From a virus (lineage: Duplodnaviria > Caudoviricetes): a DNA stretch of 60,807 nucleotides. Below, in pieces: positions 38,056 through 47,800 of this stretch (position 1 is its first letter; each line of letters starts with the position of its first letter). A program made the translations under genes and the position numbers. Below the pieces are notes generated by a model. It was not told the DNA's origin. It made no database searches and saw nothing but the letters and a program-made list of their open reading frames with translations. The stretch lies in the IMG/VR virus record IMGVR_UViG_3300045944_000168, positions 1 through 60,807 of that record; one strand, 5' to 3'.

Positions 38056-38477
38056 TGGTTTTAGATCTCATCAGGGTGGGCTCCTCGAATCGCGGGACAT
38101 TCGGCGTGTTGCGTCATGGCCAAGTACCGTTTGTCCTGACCCTAGAGCGACCCTGGCTGGACAATCAACAGAACGTCTCGTGTATTCCGGCTGGGCGCTA
38201 TCGCTGTCGCAAGATCCGATCGCCGAAGTTCGGGAATACCTATGAGATTTGCGATGTCCCGAACCGAACGCACGTATTATTTCACAGCGGCAATGTTATT
38301 GAGGATACCGCAGGGTGTATACTCGTCGGTGAAGAGTTCAGCGGAACCTGGGATAAACCGATGTTGGTGTCTAGTCAACGCGGGTTTGGCGAATTGATGA
38401 AGTACTTGGATGGCATGCCAGAGTTTGACGTGGTAATTCATGAGTTCTCACTCATCGAGTCGTCGGTTGCCGTATGA
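38052..38477 (+). CDS. DUF5675-family protein, putative endolysin
   Basis: TLERPW..N...SCIPAGRY...VPNR..VLFHSGN...DTAGCILVG; first gene of the lysis cassette. Confidence 0.8.
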   Translation: MMVLDLIRVGSSNRGTFGVLRHGQVPFVLTLERPWLDNQQNVSCIPAGRYRCRKIRSPKFGNTYEICDVPNRTHVLFHSGNVIEDTAGCILVGEEFSGTWDKPMLVSSQRGFGELMKYLDGMPEFDVVIHEFSLIESSVAV

Positions 38478-38666
38478 AGAAACCCAGGGTGTTTCGCTGT
38501 CCAAATTGTGGCGGATCGGTGATTGCGCATGAAGTCAATGTTCACCTACGGGAGTGCGAGAAAGGGAAACGGTAGCGGGAACCGTGTAAGGCTGGCTAAT
38601 GCGCCAGTAGCCTCCTATATAGAAATCGTTGTACCGTCCATTTAACAGTAGGGAGGCTGTCATGAA

Positions 38667-38954
38667 ATGGTGGACGGTACAGGTAGTTTGGAACTCGGCC
38701 CTACGTATAAAACCCTTTTCCTTGGTGCTTGCGTTGTTATTGGGGGGGCTGTTGGGTGGTTTGTGCAGGACATTCGTCACTCCGTCGACGAACTCACTCG
38801 TGAGCATTACGCGCTTCTCGACCGACAGCGCGAGTTGGAGACAGGAGCGAGCGCATATAAATGCAGCCGAGAGAGAGATCATGTTGAGGATACGGAAATC
38901 AAGCGTCGTCTGGCTGAAATTGAACAGGAATTAAGATGGAAGAGCAAGCGATAG
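38667..38954 (+). CDS. membrane protein (holin/antiholin-like)
   Basis: One TM segment plus coiled coil. Confidence 0.5.
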   Translation: MVDGTGSLELGPTYKTLFLGACVVIGGAVGWFVQDIRHSVDELTREHYALLDRQRELETGASAYKCSRERDHVEDTEIKRRLAEIEQELRWKSKR

Positions 38955-38961
38955 CAGTGTA

Positions 38962-39192
38962 GTGATGATGGACGAAGTTCCGACCCATGGTATGTCCACG
39001 TGGGAGCGGATGCTCCTCACGGCGATTGGGACCATCATCTTTTTTATTCTCTCGGCGACGATTACGCAGGTGATTATTAATTCCAGTCGATTAACGGCGC
39101 TCGAAACGCGGATGGTCGGACACGATGCCGAAATGGATCGGATCTATGGTGAGATTCGCGAGCATCGCAAAATCAGCGAAGGACGGCGATGA
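38962..39192 (+). CDS. membrane protein (holin-like)
   Basis: One TM segment plus coiled coil. Confidence 0.55.
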   Translation: MMMDEVPTHGMSTWERMLLTAIGTIIFFILSATITQVIINSSRLTALETRMVGHDAEMDRIYGEIREHRKISEGRR

Positions 39193-39560
39193 CCACACAA
39201 CCTGAAGATAAAATCTATTGGGGTGGGCAGCTCGAACGCTTGCCGACGATGATTCGAGCGGCGATTGTGGCGGTTCGTCTGGGTGGGCAAACGGTGGTCA
39301 TCATGGCGCTTGTCGGGATCCTCATTGGGATTCATCTTGGGGCGTTCCCCGACCAAGCGTCAAAAGACCGAGAAATACTCATCCGGGAATCGAAACAACA
39401 ATCCGAGGAGCTGCATCAAAACAGCATGATTCAAGCGCAGCAATTACGGGTCCTGGAAGAGCATGCCCGTACTGCACGCGCAACCGTCATGGTGCTGTGC
39501 GCGAATCTGGCTCCCGGGACGTACGAGCGGGGGCAGTGTTTAGAAATTCTGGGGAAATAG
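39189..39560 (+). CDS. membrane protein (holin/antiholin-like)
   Basis: TM segment, coiled coil, C-terminal Cys pair. Confidence 0.55.
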   Translation: MTTQPEDKIYWGGQLERLPTMIRAAIVAVRLGGQTVVIMALVGILIGIHLGAFPDQASKDREILIRESKQQSEELHQNSMIQAQQLRVLEEHARTARATVMVLCANLAPGTYERGQCLEILGK

Positions 39561-39568
39561 GAGGCACG

Positions 39569-39844
39569 ATGAGTGAGGAGCAGGTTTCAGCGAGCAAATC
39601 TAAGTGGGGGATGAATATCTTTCTCGCGTTCCTTACGTGGTTTCTCATTTCTGGGTTTCTGTCCGTCCTCTCTGCACTCTTCTTCTGGCATGTTCCGGAT
39701 GGGAATAAGGAAATACTGGTATATATGGCCGGCCAACTTTCAGGGTTTACCGGATCGGCGGTTGCGCTCTGGACGAACACAACTTATCAGAGCGCTCAGA
39801 AAACGGAGATGCTGGCGAAGTCGGGGCCGATTGATCCGCATTAA
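39569..39844 (+). CDS. putative holin
   Basis: GGAGG RBS; two TM segments; VPDGNKEIL..M.GQL. Confidence 0.65.
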   Translation: MSEEQVSASKSKWGMNIFLAFLTWFLISGFLSVLSALFFWHVPDGNKEILVYMAGQLSGFTGSAVALWTNTTYQSAQKTEMLAKSGPIDPH

Positions 39845-39852
39845 GGAGTCGT

Positions 39853-40473
39853 ATGCTGCCCGCTCTCATGGCGCTCAAACCGGCGATTAAGTACGGCGTG
39901 CCTGTCGCGATCCTGGTGGCGTTGATTGGTGGAACCAATACATGTTCTTACGTCAAGGGCAAGCGGGTAGTGCAGCAAGCCTGGGACGCCTCGATTGCAC
40001 AGCAAGCGGCGCAATCAGTCAGAGAAGTTGTGAAAGCCCAGGCGATGGAATCGGAGGTGGTGCGAGAGAGCGATGTGCGCGAGCGTGACATTAAGAGGAA
40101 GGTTGATACCATCAGAAAGAAGGTGCTTCGTGATCCACACAAACCGATTACTCTCAGCCCTGCTACTGTGCGGTTGCACGATGAGCTTCGCAGCCTGTCA
40201 AACAAAACCGACGACCGTGTGCCCGCCGCCGATCCTGGCACCGGGTCACCTGAAATACTACGAGGAGGATTGGGATCTGCCACCACTGAAGTCCTACAAG
40301 TCGAGGATGGAGAATTCGTCGAACTGACCATGGAGGAATTGAAGCAGGCGGCTACTGATTACTTTGAGAAATATGCGTTGCTGCGGAATAACTATCGAGG
40401 ACTTTCCGAATGGAACGATGGCCGAGAAGCGCTCGAAAAAGCGCGACATGGGATTGAAGAACATCATGAGTAG
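39853..40473 (+). CDS. i-spanin (Rz-like)
   Basis: N-terminal TM plus coiled coil; hosts an embedded lipoprotein gene. Confidence 0.65.
   Translation: MLPALMALKPAIKYGVPVAILVALIGGTNTCSYVKGKRVVQQAWDASIAQQAAQSVREVVKAQAMESEVVRESDVRERDIKRKVDTIRKKVLRDPHKPITLSPATVRLHDELRSLSNKTDDRVPAADPGTGSPEILRGGLGSATTEVLQVEDGEFVELTMEELKQAATDYFEKYALLRNNYRGLSEWNDGREALEKARHGIEEHHE
40130..40327 (+). CDS. o-spanin (Rz1-like lipoprotein), embedded
   Basis: +1 frame inside the Rz-like gene; NRLLSALLLCGCTMSFAAC lipobox; Pro-rich mature part. Confidence 0.65.
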   Translation: MIHTNRLLSALLLCGCTMSFAACQTKPTTVCPPPILAPGHLKYYEEDWDLPPLKSYKSRMENSSN

Positions 40474-40912
40474 GCTGAAATCCTGGTGGACCAGAACCAC
40501 CGTTGATCCGGAGTATATTTTGATCACGATGGTGATTATGGCTTTTGCGCTCTTGGTCATTGTCGCGCTGGTTCCAATGGTGGTCCATGCGGGCGCGTGC
40601 TTGGTGATTGAAGTCCCGCCGCAAGCGGTGACCTGGGTCCAAGACGGCGATACGTTCACCTTGTTCAATTTCGCGCCAGGGGGAGCGGTGAAAATCAGAG
40701 TCTCGAACGTCGATACGCCTGAGAAGAAAGAGCCGAAGTTTGAAGAAGCGCGACAGTTTACACGGGACTGGCTTGCTAAAGGAAAATTCATCGTCGATAC
40801 ATGCGGTGAATATACGTTTGAGCGCATTCAAGCCGTGGTGACGCGGGATGATCAGACATTGGCGCAAGAGTTGATCCGTGCAGGACTCGGGACCGCTGGA
40901 AAGAGGAACTAA
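40466..40912 (+). CDS. thermonuclease (SNase) family protein with membrane anchor
   Basis: DGDTF...IRVSNVDTPE...LIRAGLG; long hydrophobic N-terminus. Confidence 0.8.
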   Translation: MSRLKSWWTRTTVDPEYILITMVIMAFALLVIVALVPMVVHAGACLVIEVPPQAVTWVQDGDTFTLFNFAPGGAVKIRVSNVDTPEKKEPKFEEARQFTRDWLAKGKFIVDTCGEYTFERIQAVVTRDDQTLAQELIRAGLGTAGKRN

Positions 40913-41938
40913 ATGGCGACCGTACAAACATACATGCCACCTGTCTACGATGATTCGAAGTTTCCGTTTGCTCCGAAGAAAGGTGGGATTTTCAACGATC
41001 CTCAGCTCAATCCCGCGCCGGCGGCGGCCACAGCGGCGGCGGACCGCGCGACGGCGGTGAACTATGCGCCGGAATCGTTTCATGTCACACCCGACCAGAC
41101 GGTGAATGATCAGATCGCCAAGATCGTCAGTGAGGATTCGAAGTTGATGCAACAGGCTCGCACGCGCGCGAATCAAGAGGCTCAGGCCAGGGGGTTACTC
41201 AATTCGAGCTTAGCCGTTGAAGCAGGGCAGAATGCTGTGATTGGGCAAGCTATGCCGATTGCCCAATCTGATGCGGCAGCCTATGAGCGGGCGGCAACGA
41301 ATACGGTTAACGCGAATAATGCAGCGGCCTATCAAAATGCACAAGCAGCGAATACGGTCAATTTGGAAAATGCGAAGGCGGGAACGACGGTCAATCTCGC
41401 GAATGCCTCAGAGGCGAACAAGTTACTTGGCACAAAAATGACCTTAGACTCTGATCTGCTGAAAACACGACTCACGTTGGATAACCAGATGGCCTTGGCG
41501 AAGCTTGATGCGAGTACCAAGACGGAACTTGCCAAGATGGACAATGAATATCGCGGGTTATTACAACTGTCGCAGAATGCCACTAATAAGTTTAATCAAG
41601 TCATGCAGAGCATTGCGCAGATCTCGCAGAACAACACGATGTATAAACCCGCGAAAGATGCGGCAATCGCGACGCAACTTAATATGCTGAAAGAGGCGTT
41701 GAAGATTGAAGAGGAAATCCAGAAGAGTGGGAATGCGGCTGTGAAGGGACTGAACCTTGGCCAGTTTTTCAATTTCACGCTTGAGACGGCGCGCAATCTG
41801 CCTCCGACAACGACGCCGATAGCAGCCCCTGCGACGAATCAGCCGGTGAATCCGACGATTCAGCAGGTGAATCAAGTGGTTCGAAATCAAGGCGGGACGG
41901 TTCCCGCTCCGGCGGCGGCGTACCGGCCTTGGAAGTAG
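40913..41938 (+). CDS. internal virion / ejection protein
   Basis: ARGLLNSSLA motif; Ala/Asn/Gln-rich. Confidence 0.6.
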   Translation: MATVQTYMPPVYDDSKFPFAPKKGGIFNDPQLNPAPAAATAAADRATAVNYAPESFHVTPDQTVNDQIAKIVSEDSKLMQQARTRANQEAQARGLLNSSLAVEAGQNAVIGQAMPIAQSDAAAYERAATNTVNANNAAAYQNAQAANTVNLENAKAGTTVNLANASEANKLLGTKMTLDSDLLKTRLTLDNQMALAKLDASTKTELAKMDNEYRGLLQLSQNATNKFNQVMQSIAQISQNNTMYKPAKDAAIATQLNMLKEALKIEEEIQKSGNAAVKGLNLGQFFNFTLETARNLPPTTTPIAAPATNQPVNPTIQQVNQVVRNQGGTVPAPAAAYRPWK

Positions 41939-41945
41939 AGGGCTG

Positions 41946-42425
41946 ATGATAGTTGCGGAATCGACGACGATCATTCGAGCCATGACGGTCAAAGAACTCC
42001 CGTTGTGTCTGCCGTTTGGGGAAGCGTTTATGCAGGAAAAGCATATTCCTGGCGTGTTCAATCCCGATGTGTTCCTGAAGAATTGGACGACGTTTCTGAC
42101 TAGTTATCCGGCAGCCATCTTTGGGTTGTGGAAGGATGAACAGTTGATCGGCGGGATCGGCGGCATGATTCATCCAGACTTGAATACCGGGCAGCGGATC
42201 GCTGTGGAATTCTTTTGGTACGTGGGGCATGAACATCGTCATACGATCGGATCCATCAAGCTGGTTCGACGGTGGAAACGATGGGCGAAGGAGAACGGGG
42301 CCGTTCGATGGCGGATGATTCACTTGCTCGATGTCGATGAAACGGCCTCGTCGGTGAAGTTGGCGTCCTTCTATGAGAAGCAAGGGTTGCGTCCAATTGA
42401 AGTAGGGTTTGACGGACCGTTATGA
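41946..42425 (+). CDS. GNAT acetyltransferase
   Basis: EFFWYV..EHR...G..L...WAKENG...FYEKQG. Confidence 0.8.
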   Translation: MIVAESTTIIRAMTVKELPLCLPFGEAFMQEKHIPGVFNPDVFLKNWTTFLTSYPAAIFGLWKDEQLIGGIGGMIHPDLNTGQRIAVEFFWYVGHEHRHTIGSIKLVRRWKRWAKENGAVRWRMIHLLDVDETASSVKLASFYEKQGLRPIEVGFDGPL

Positions 42426-42452
42426 CTAACACAGTAGGAAAGGGGTGGACCC

Positions 42453-43418
42453 GTGGCCATTATTAGCGCAGCCATAGCCTCAATCGCCGCTGCGGCCACA
42501 GCGATCGGGGCTGCGGCAGCAGGAACCGCTACCGTTGGGGCCGCGATCGGCGCCGTCGCCACAGCGGCCGTCTCAGTGTCGACCGTGGTCGGCGTAGCCG
42601 GGATGGCCGTGACCGCTGTTGGGGCCATTACGGGCAATGAGGATCTCCTCAAGGCCGGGAAGATCATGGGTTATGTGGGGCTTGGGAGTGCGGTTGGCGG
42701 CGGGCTCCTCGGAGGAGCCAGCACCTTTTTTGAAGGCGGGGCGAGTAGCTTTATGAGTGGCGTGAAAGGTGCATTTACTGGAGCCGGCGAGCAGATCAGT
42801 AAGTCGTGGAAAGAGGGGGTTGGGAGCTGGTTTTCGTCGGATGCTGGTGCCGCGACGAAAGCGGTGGGGCCCGCCGGAGTCGAAGATCTTACCGCGAAGA
42901 ATACCGGTATTGTGGTCGATACGCCGGATACGACGATTGTGCCGAATACCAGTAAGTACACTGGGGTCGGTGATTTTCGTGCCCCCGCAAACACGCTGCC
43001 GGCTGGTCAGAACCCGGCTGGGCTGTCCCAGACCATCACGCCGGGTGATATGTCGCAATTTGCGCCGAAGACGGCCCCATCGCCGACAACCGGTCTGCTG
43101 AATGCGACGCAAGCGGCAAATGTGGGACCGGTCGCCCCCACCGTCGCGCCGGAAATGAAAAGCTTTGATTTTGGCTCAGTGGTGAATCAGCCACCACCAG
43201 AGGCGCCAGGGCTCTTAGCTGGCGTACCTGATTGGGCGAAGTACGCGGCTATGACGAGCGGCGCCCAAGGTTTGACGGGGTTGGCGTCTGGATATTTTCA
43301 AGGATTATCCGCCGAAGAACAGCTGGAGTTTCAGAAGATGGTGAATGCGCAGCGCGAAGCGCAAGTGCAATTGCAGAACCGGAACAACGCCTATGCGCCC
43401 GTGGTAACGTTTCGATAA
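42453..43418 (+). CDS. ejection protein (Ala/Gly-rich)
   Basis: Hydrophobic Ala/Gly N-terminus; follows the GNAT gene as in podoviruses. Confidence 0.6.
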   Translation: MAIISAAIASIAAAATAIGAAAAGTATVGAAIGAVATAAVSVSTVVGVAGMAVTAVGAITGNEDLLKAGKIMGYVGLGSAVGGGLLGGASTFFEGGASSFMSGVKGAFTGAGEQISKSWKEGVGSWFSSDAGAATKAVGPAGVEDLTAKNTGIVVDTPDTTIVPNTSKYTGVGDFRAPANTLPAGQNPAGLSQTITPGDMSQFAPKTAPSPTTGLLNATQAANVGPVAPTVAPEMKSFDFGSVVNQPPPEAPGLLAGVPDWAKYAAMTSGAQGLTGLASGYFQGLSAEEQLEFQKMVNAQREAQVQLQNRNNAYAPVVTFR

Positions 43419-43427
43419 GGAGACACG

Positions 43428-44072
43428 ATGCCCACACAGACTACTCCTGCTTCGCACCCACCACCCCTGAGTGCCGAAAAAAACAACAGCACTCAGACGC
43501 GCGGCAACCAAGACCTAGCCGGGATTAAAGCTGAGGTTGAGAAGATGGCGAAGGGACTCCCTAAACCACTCGCACAGAGCTATGAATCCATCGTGACTGC
43601 GGGGATGAAACTCATGTGGTCCGATGAAACGCATCAGTTTCTCGCGGAGTATCTCCAATCGATCAAAAGTCCTGAGCAGATCCCACAGCTCGTGGCCCAT
43701 GCCATTATTAAGGGGATCAGCATCATTATTAAGGAAGCGAACGTGCCGAATGATTTAGGCGATCCGTTCTATGCCGCCTCCATGTTGGCGAGCAAGTATT
43801 TGATGTGCGATGCGCTGGAGTATGTGGCACAGCGCGGACAATCCATCGATCGGCGCATCATTGATCAGACCACGCAACAACTCACCAGCGGTATGTTTGC
43901 GTTGTACGGGATCAATGAAGAGCAGATGCAATCGGCGGCGAATTTGGCAGACGAAACGATGGCGAGGACTAAACCGGCGGTGGCCATGGCCAATTCTGAG
44001 GTATCACCTGGCCAGGTGATACCTAGTAAAGTAGACAATCAGCAGGGCTCAGGTCTGTTCGCACAAGCATGA
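43428..44072 (+). CDS. hypothetical virion-region protein
   Basis: AAGGAG RBS. Confidence 0.6.
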   Translation: MPTQTTPASHPPPLSAEKNNSTQTRGNQDLAGIKAEVEKMAKGLPKPLAQSYESIVTAGMKLMWSDETHQFLAEYLQSIKSPEQIPQLVAHAIIKGISIIIKEANVPNDLGDPFYAASMLASKYLMCDALEYVAQRGQSIDRRIIDQTTQQLTSGMFALYGINEEQMQSAANLADETMARTKPAVAMANSEVSPGQVIPSKVDNQQGSGLFAQA

Positions 44073-44081
44073 GGATATAAC

Positions 44082-44867
44082 ATGGGAAATCTCGCACTCG
44101 CTGGGGCCATCAGTGGCATGGGGGAAGGGCTGGGCCGTGGACTCTTCGCCATGGAGCAAGGGTTTATTCAGCAAGGGTTGATGCAAGAACGGGAAAAGCT
44201 GGAGCAGGCCCGTCTCGATAAGACGTTTGCCCATGCCGAGGGAATGGAGGCGATGCGTGCGACACACGCGGCCGGACTCCAGCAGGAGCGGATTAAGGCG
44301 GATCGTGAGATGAATCAAGAGCGGATGGGTGCCGGACTTGTTGAAAAAGGCATGGGGATTCAAGGCCAAAAAGACATGCAGGCCACGGAAAATGAGGCGC
44401 TGGAGCGACGAACACAGACCCAGGTTGGCGGGCAATTGGCGGCGGCGGGGATTCAACGGGACACGACGTTACAGGCTAATCGAGAAGACAATGAGATGCG
44501 CACCAAGATTGCCGAGAAGGAATATACCACCAAGGAGCGGATTGCCGAGAAGGATCGCCGAGCACGTCAAGCTGAACAACAAGCCGATATCGCGCGGGAT
44601 ATTATGCTTGCGCGGTTTCGGACAGAGGAGGTTCGTGGATCCGGGCGAGCGTACATGGATCCTGGCGTGGATGCACGAATCAAGTCCCGCATGGAAAAGA
44701 TGAAGGGCATTCAATCCCAGATGGAAAAAGGTTTGTTGTTGCCGGACGAGTTGACGGCGGCCAAAACGGAAATTAATGGACTGATGCGGGACATCGATCG
44801 GCTGTCTGGGGCACAACCGGAGGAGCGGCCTAAGTACGTGAAACCGTCGATGCAACCGGCTCGGTGA
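44082..44867 (+). CDS. ejection protein
   Basis: Gly-rich N-terminus plus charged coiled coil. Confidence 0.55.
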   Translation: MGNLALAGAISGMGEGLGRGLFAMEQGFIQQGLMQEREKLEQARLDKTFAHAEGMEAMRATHAAGLQQERIKADREMNQERMGAGLVEKGMGIQGQKDMQATENEALERRTQTQVGGQLAAAGIQRDTTLQANREDNEMRTKIAEKEYTTKERIAEKDRRARQAEQQADIARDIMLARFRTEEVRGSGRAYMDPGVDARIKSRMEKMKGIQSQMEKGLLLPDELTAAKTEINGLMRDIDRLSGAQPEERPKYVKPSMQPAR

Positions 44868-44873
44868 GGTGTT

Positions 44874-47800
44874 ATGGCATCGCCTACACTTGATGCGTAC
44901 CTTGCGCAATCTCGACCGCTCAATCCTGATTATACCGATGATGAAATTATCAAGGAGTATGAGCAGGAGTATGGCCGAAACGAGACCGCCTCTGCGCTAA
45001 TTCCGTTCGATCAGTACCTTTCGAAAGCCCGCACCCTCAACCCCGAATACTCCGACGACGAAATCCGTACCTTCTGGGAAGAAGACCACGGCAGTAAAGG
45101 TGCGCCAGAAGTGACGCCGAAAGAGCTTGGCCTCTCCGGCACGCTCCTCGAAGGAGCCAAATCCACTGGACGCAGCTTACAGGCAGCGGCGCAGACCTAT
45201 TTGGGATCTGATCAGGATCTCGTTGACACAGCCAACGCTCAGCAAGACGCGCCGAAGGATCCCGCGCTTGAGGCGCTGCTCCAAGACATTCAGCAACGCA
45301 AGGACGCTCTTGGGAAAGATGCAGGATTTTTAGAGACGGCTGGCGCGTTTGGCAAAGCTGCCCTCTCGCATCCGAAAGGCGCTGGTCTGCTCTTAGCAGA
45401 GCAGGTCCCCAATACTGTGGCATCGCTTGGCTCTGCGGGGGCTGGTGCGCTGGTCGGATCGGCATTCGGCCCAGTAGGGACCGTAGCGGGTGGGTTGGCC
45501 GGCTTGTTTTTAGGCGACATTGCGTTAGAAACAGGGGGCTATGCGCTGGAAAAAGCTGCGGATGGGATGGTGACGCCTGAGGAGCGGAGTGCCATTAAAA
45601 AGGAAGGACTCATCAAGGGCGGCATTGTGGGAGCTATGGATGCAGCAACGCTCGGGATGACGAACTTCCTGACAGGAACAACCGCGCGGGCGGTCGAGCG
45701 GGCGACCGTGAAAACACTGACGGACCATGGAATTGATCTTGCGAATCGGGCGGCGGTGCAAGCGGCACGATCGAATCCGGCCATTCTCCAGGCCGTGCAG
45801 GAAAGTGCGACCCGTGCGATCGCTGGGGTCAATACACTGGGAAAGAAGATTGCTCGCGGCACAGCGGCACTGGGCGTGGAGTCACTGGGAGAAGGGGCTG
45901 GTGAATATCTCGGGCATTATGCGGCGACGGGCGAAGCCGACAAGATGGAGGCGGTGATTGAAGCGTTTGCCGGGTTGAGCCAGAGCGCCGGTGAAGTCGC
46001 GGCGACCAGTCTCTACAACAAAACACGGATGACAAGCATTCCGCAACGATTAGGAGTGGCCGATCCTGGCGTGTCGCTCGATGAAACCATTGCCCGCTCA
46101 CAAGCCGTTCTCGATGAGCGGACGACGCTGGAGCGGCTTCGCCGTGAAGACACCGAACGCCGGACGGAGGAGCAGGCTCGGTTGAAAGAGGTGGATGACG
46201 CGGCGATTGCTGATCAGCAGGCGCAGCGGTTCGCCGAGGAGCAGGCCCGCCTGCAACGGACGGAAGCCGTCACCAATCGGTTAAGCCGGGCTCAAACATT
46301 TGGGCAAGCACAGATGGCTGAGAACCTGGCCACAACCGATGAATCGGCCATGCAAGCGATAGCCGAACGTGATCGCGTCCAACGGGCTCGATCGGAGTAC
46401 GCCGAACTGCCTGCACCAGAGCGAACGAAGTCGACACCGACAGATACCCCGATTCTTGCTGGTCGTGAACCGGCTGAGGAAGGACTGATTCAGCCAGGCC
46501 AAGCGTTTACCCCACGGACACAGACTGATCTGCCTCTCAAGGAGAGGCTTGCCCAGGAACGCGCTCGGCTCATCGCGATGCGTGATCGTCGGCCCCTCCT
46601 TCCGGCAAGCCCATCCGAAGAACAACCGAACGCCCATGCGGTTTCAACGGCAGAGCCGTTGAAAAGCGCAATAGAAACCGGCTTTGCCAAAGCCTTTCCC
46701 TCCGCACGCGAAACACGAGCCCTTGTGCATGAGTCTGGCTTCCATCTAGATACGCCGGTCTTTCGAGAATATCTGAAGCAGGTGACGGGCAAAGAGGTGT
46801 TCTCGGATCTCACACCTCAAGAATTACAGAAGTTACATGATGCGCTGCAGAAGATCAAGCCGACAGAGCAACCCTCAGCGGCGCCACAAATCCCGACGCA
46901 ACCCGTGACACTGGTCGAGAAGCCGTCTGCGCCGGTCACCACCATTCCTGAGGCGCAGGTGCCGCGATCGGAGTTGCCGCCGGAGCAGAACGCCGAAGTG
47001 CTCTTGCGTGCGCAAAAAGCGCAAGCGGATATGGAGATTGCTGGAACAGAGCGTGGTGGACGATTCCAGCTTGAACAACAAGGCACAGGGGGCACGAGGG
47101 AAGTTGTTGGTCTGAAATCTCCTACGGCAGATTGGTACAAAGATCTCACGTCGGGTCCCTCGCCGGCCATTCGCGGAGATCGAAAACAATCCGCACGCGA
47201 GAAGATCGAATCGGCCATTCAAAAGATCATTCAGGATCAGGGCGCGGATCGCGGGAAAGCCGTTGAACTGGTCAAAGCGGCACTCCTGCAAGACCGTGAG
47301 TTTCATCGAACCGAATGGGGGCGGGATCTGAATTCAATCCTTGAATGGGAATGGCCGTCGTGGATGGAACAGCCTGGGCAGGCTCAGCCATCCGTTGAAG
47401 CGCTCCATCAGCTCGCCGAATCAAAAGGCATTCCCTGGGATAACAATCCAGAGTTCATGGCCTTCACGAAGCGCGTGACGGGCAAGGAGCACCTAGACGA
47501 TTTGTCGACAGAGCAGCGGAAGCTGTTAGCGCAAGCGATTGAGGCGCAAACAGAAACGCCGCCAACCACGGATCTGGTGTTGACGGCGCCACGCCAAGCA
47601 CGGGCCAAAACAAAATCTAAGGATACCGCTAAAGGCGCACAAACGTCAATCGATGTTCCTCCAGAAACCATTGGTAGCCGTCCCATCATTGGACGGGAAG
47701 CGCAACCGGAAGAGGCGCCGTTGTTCTCGAAGGCGGCGCAAGAGCCGGAGGCGGAACAGACCGCACTACCACCAGCCTCCACAACGCGCATTATGAGCAT

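Noticed and set aside
38629-38934. Alternative-frame membrane ORF overlapping 38667-38954
   Set aside because: Shares the same RBS and cannot be resolved from sequence alone; the 38667 frame looks more protein-like, so this one was not called
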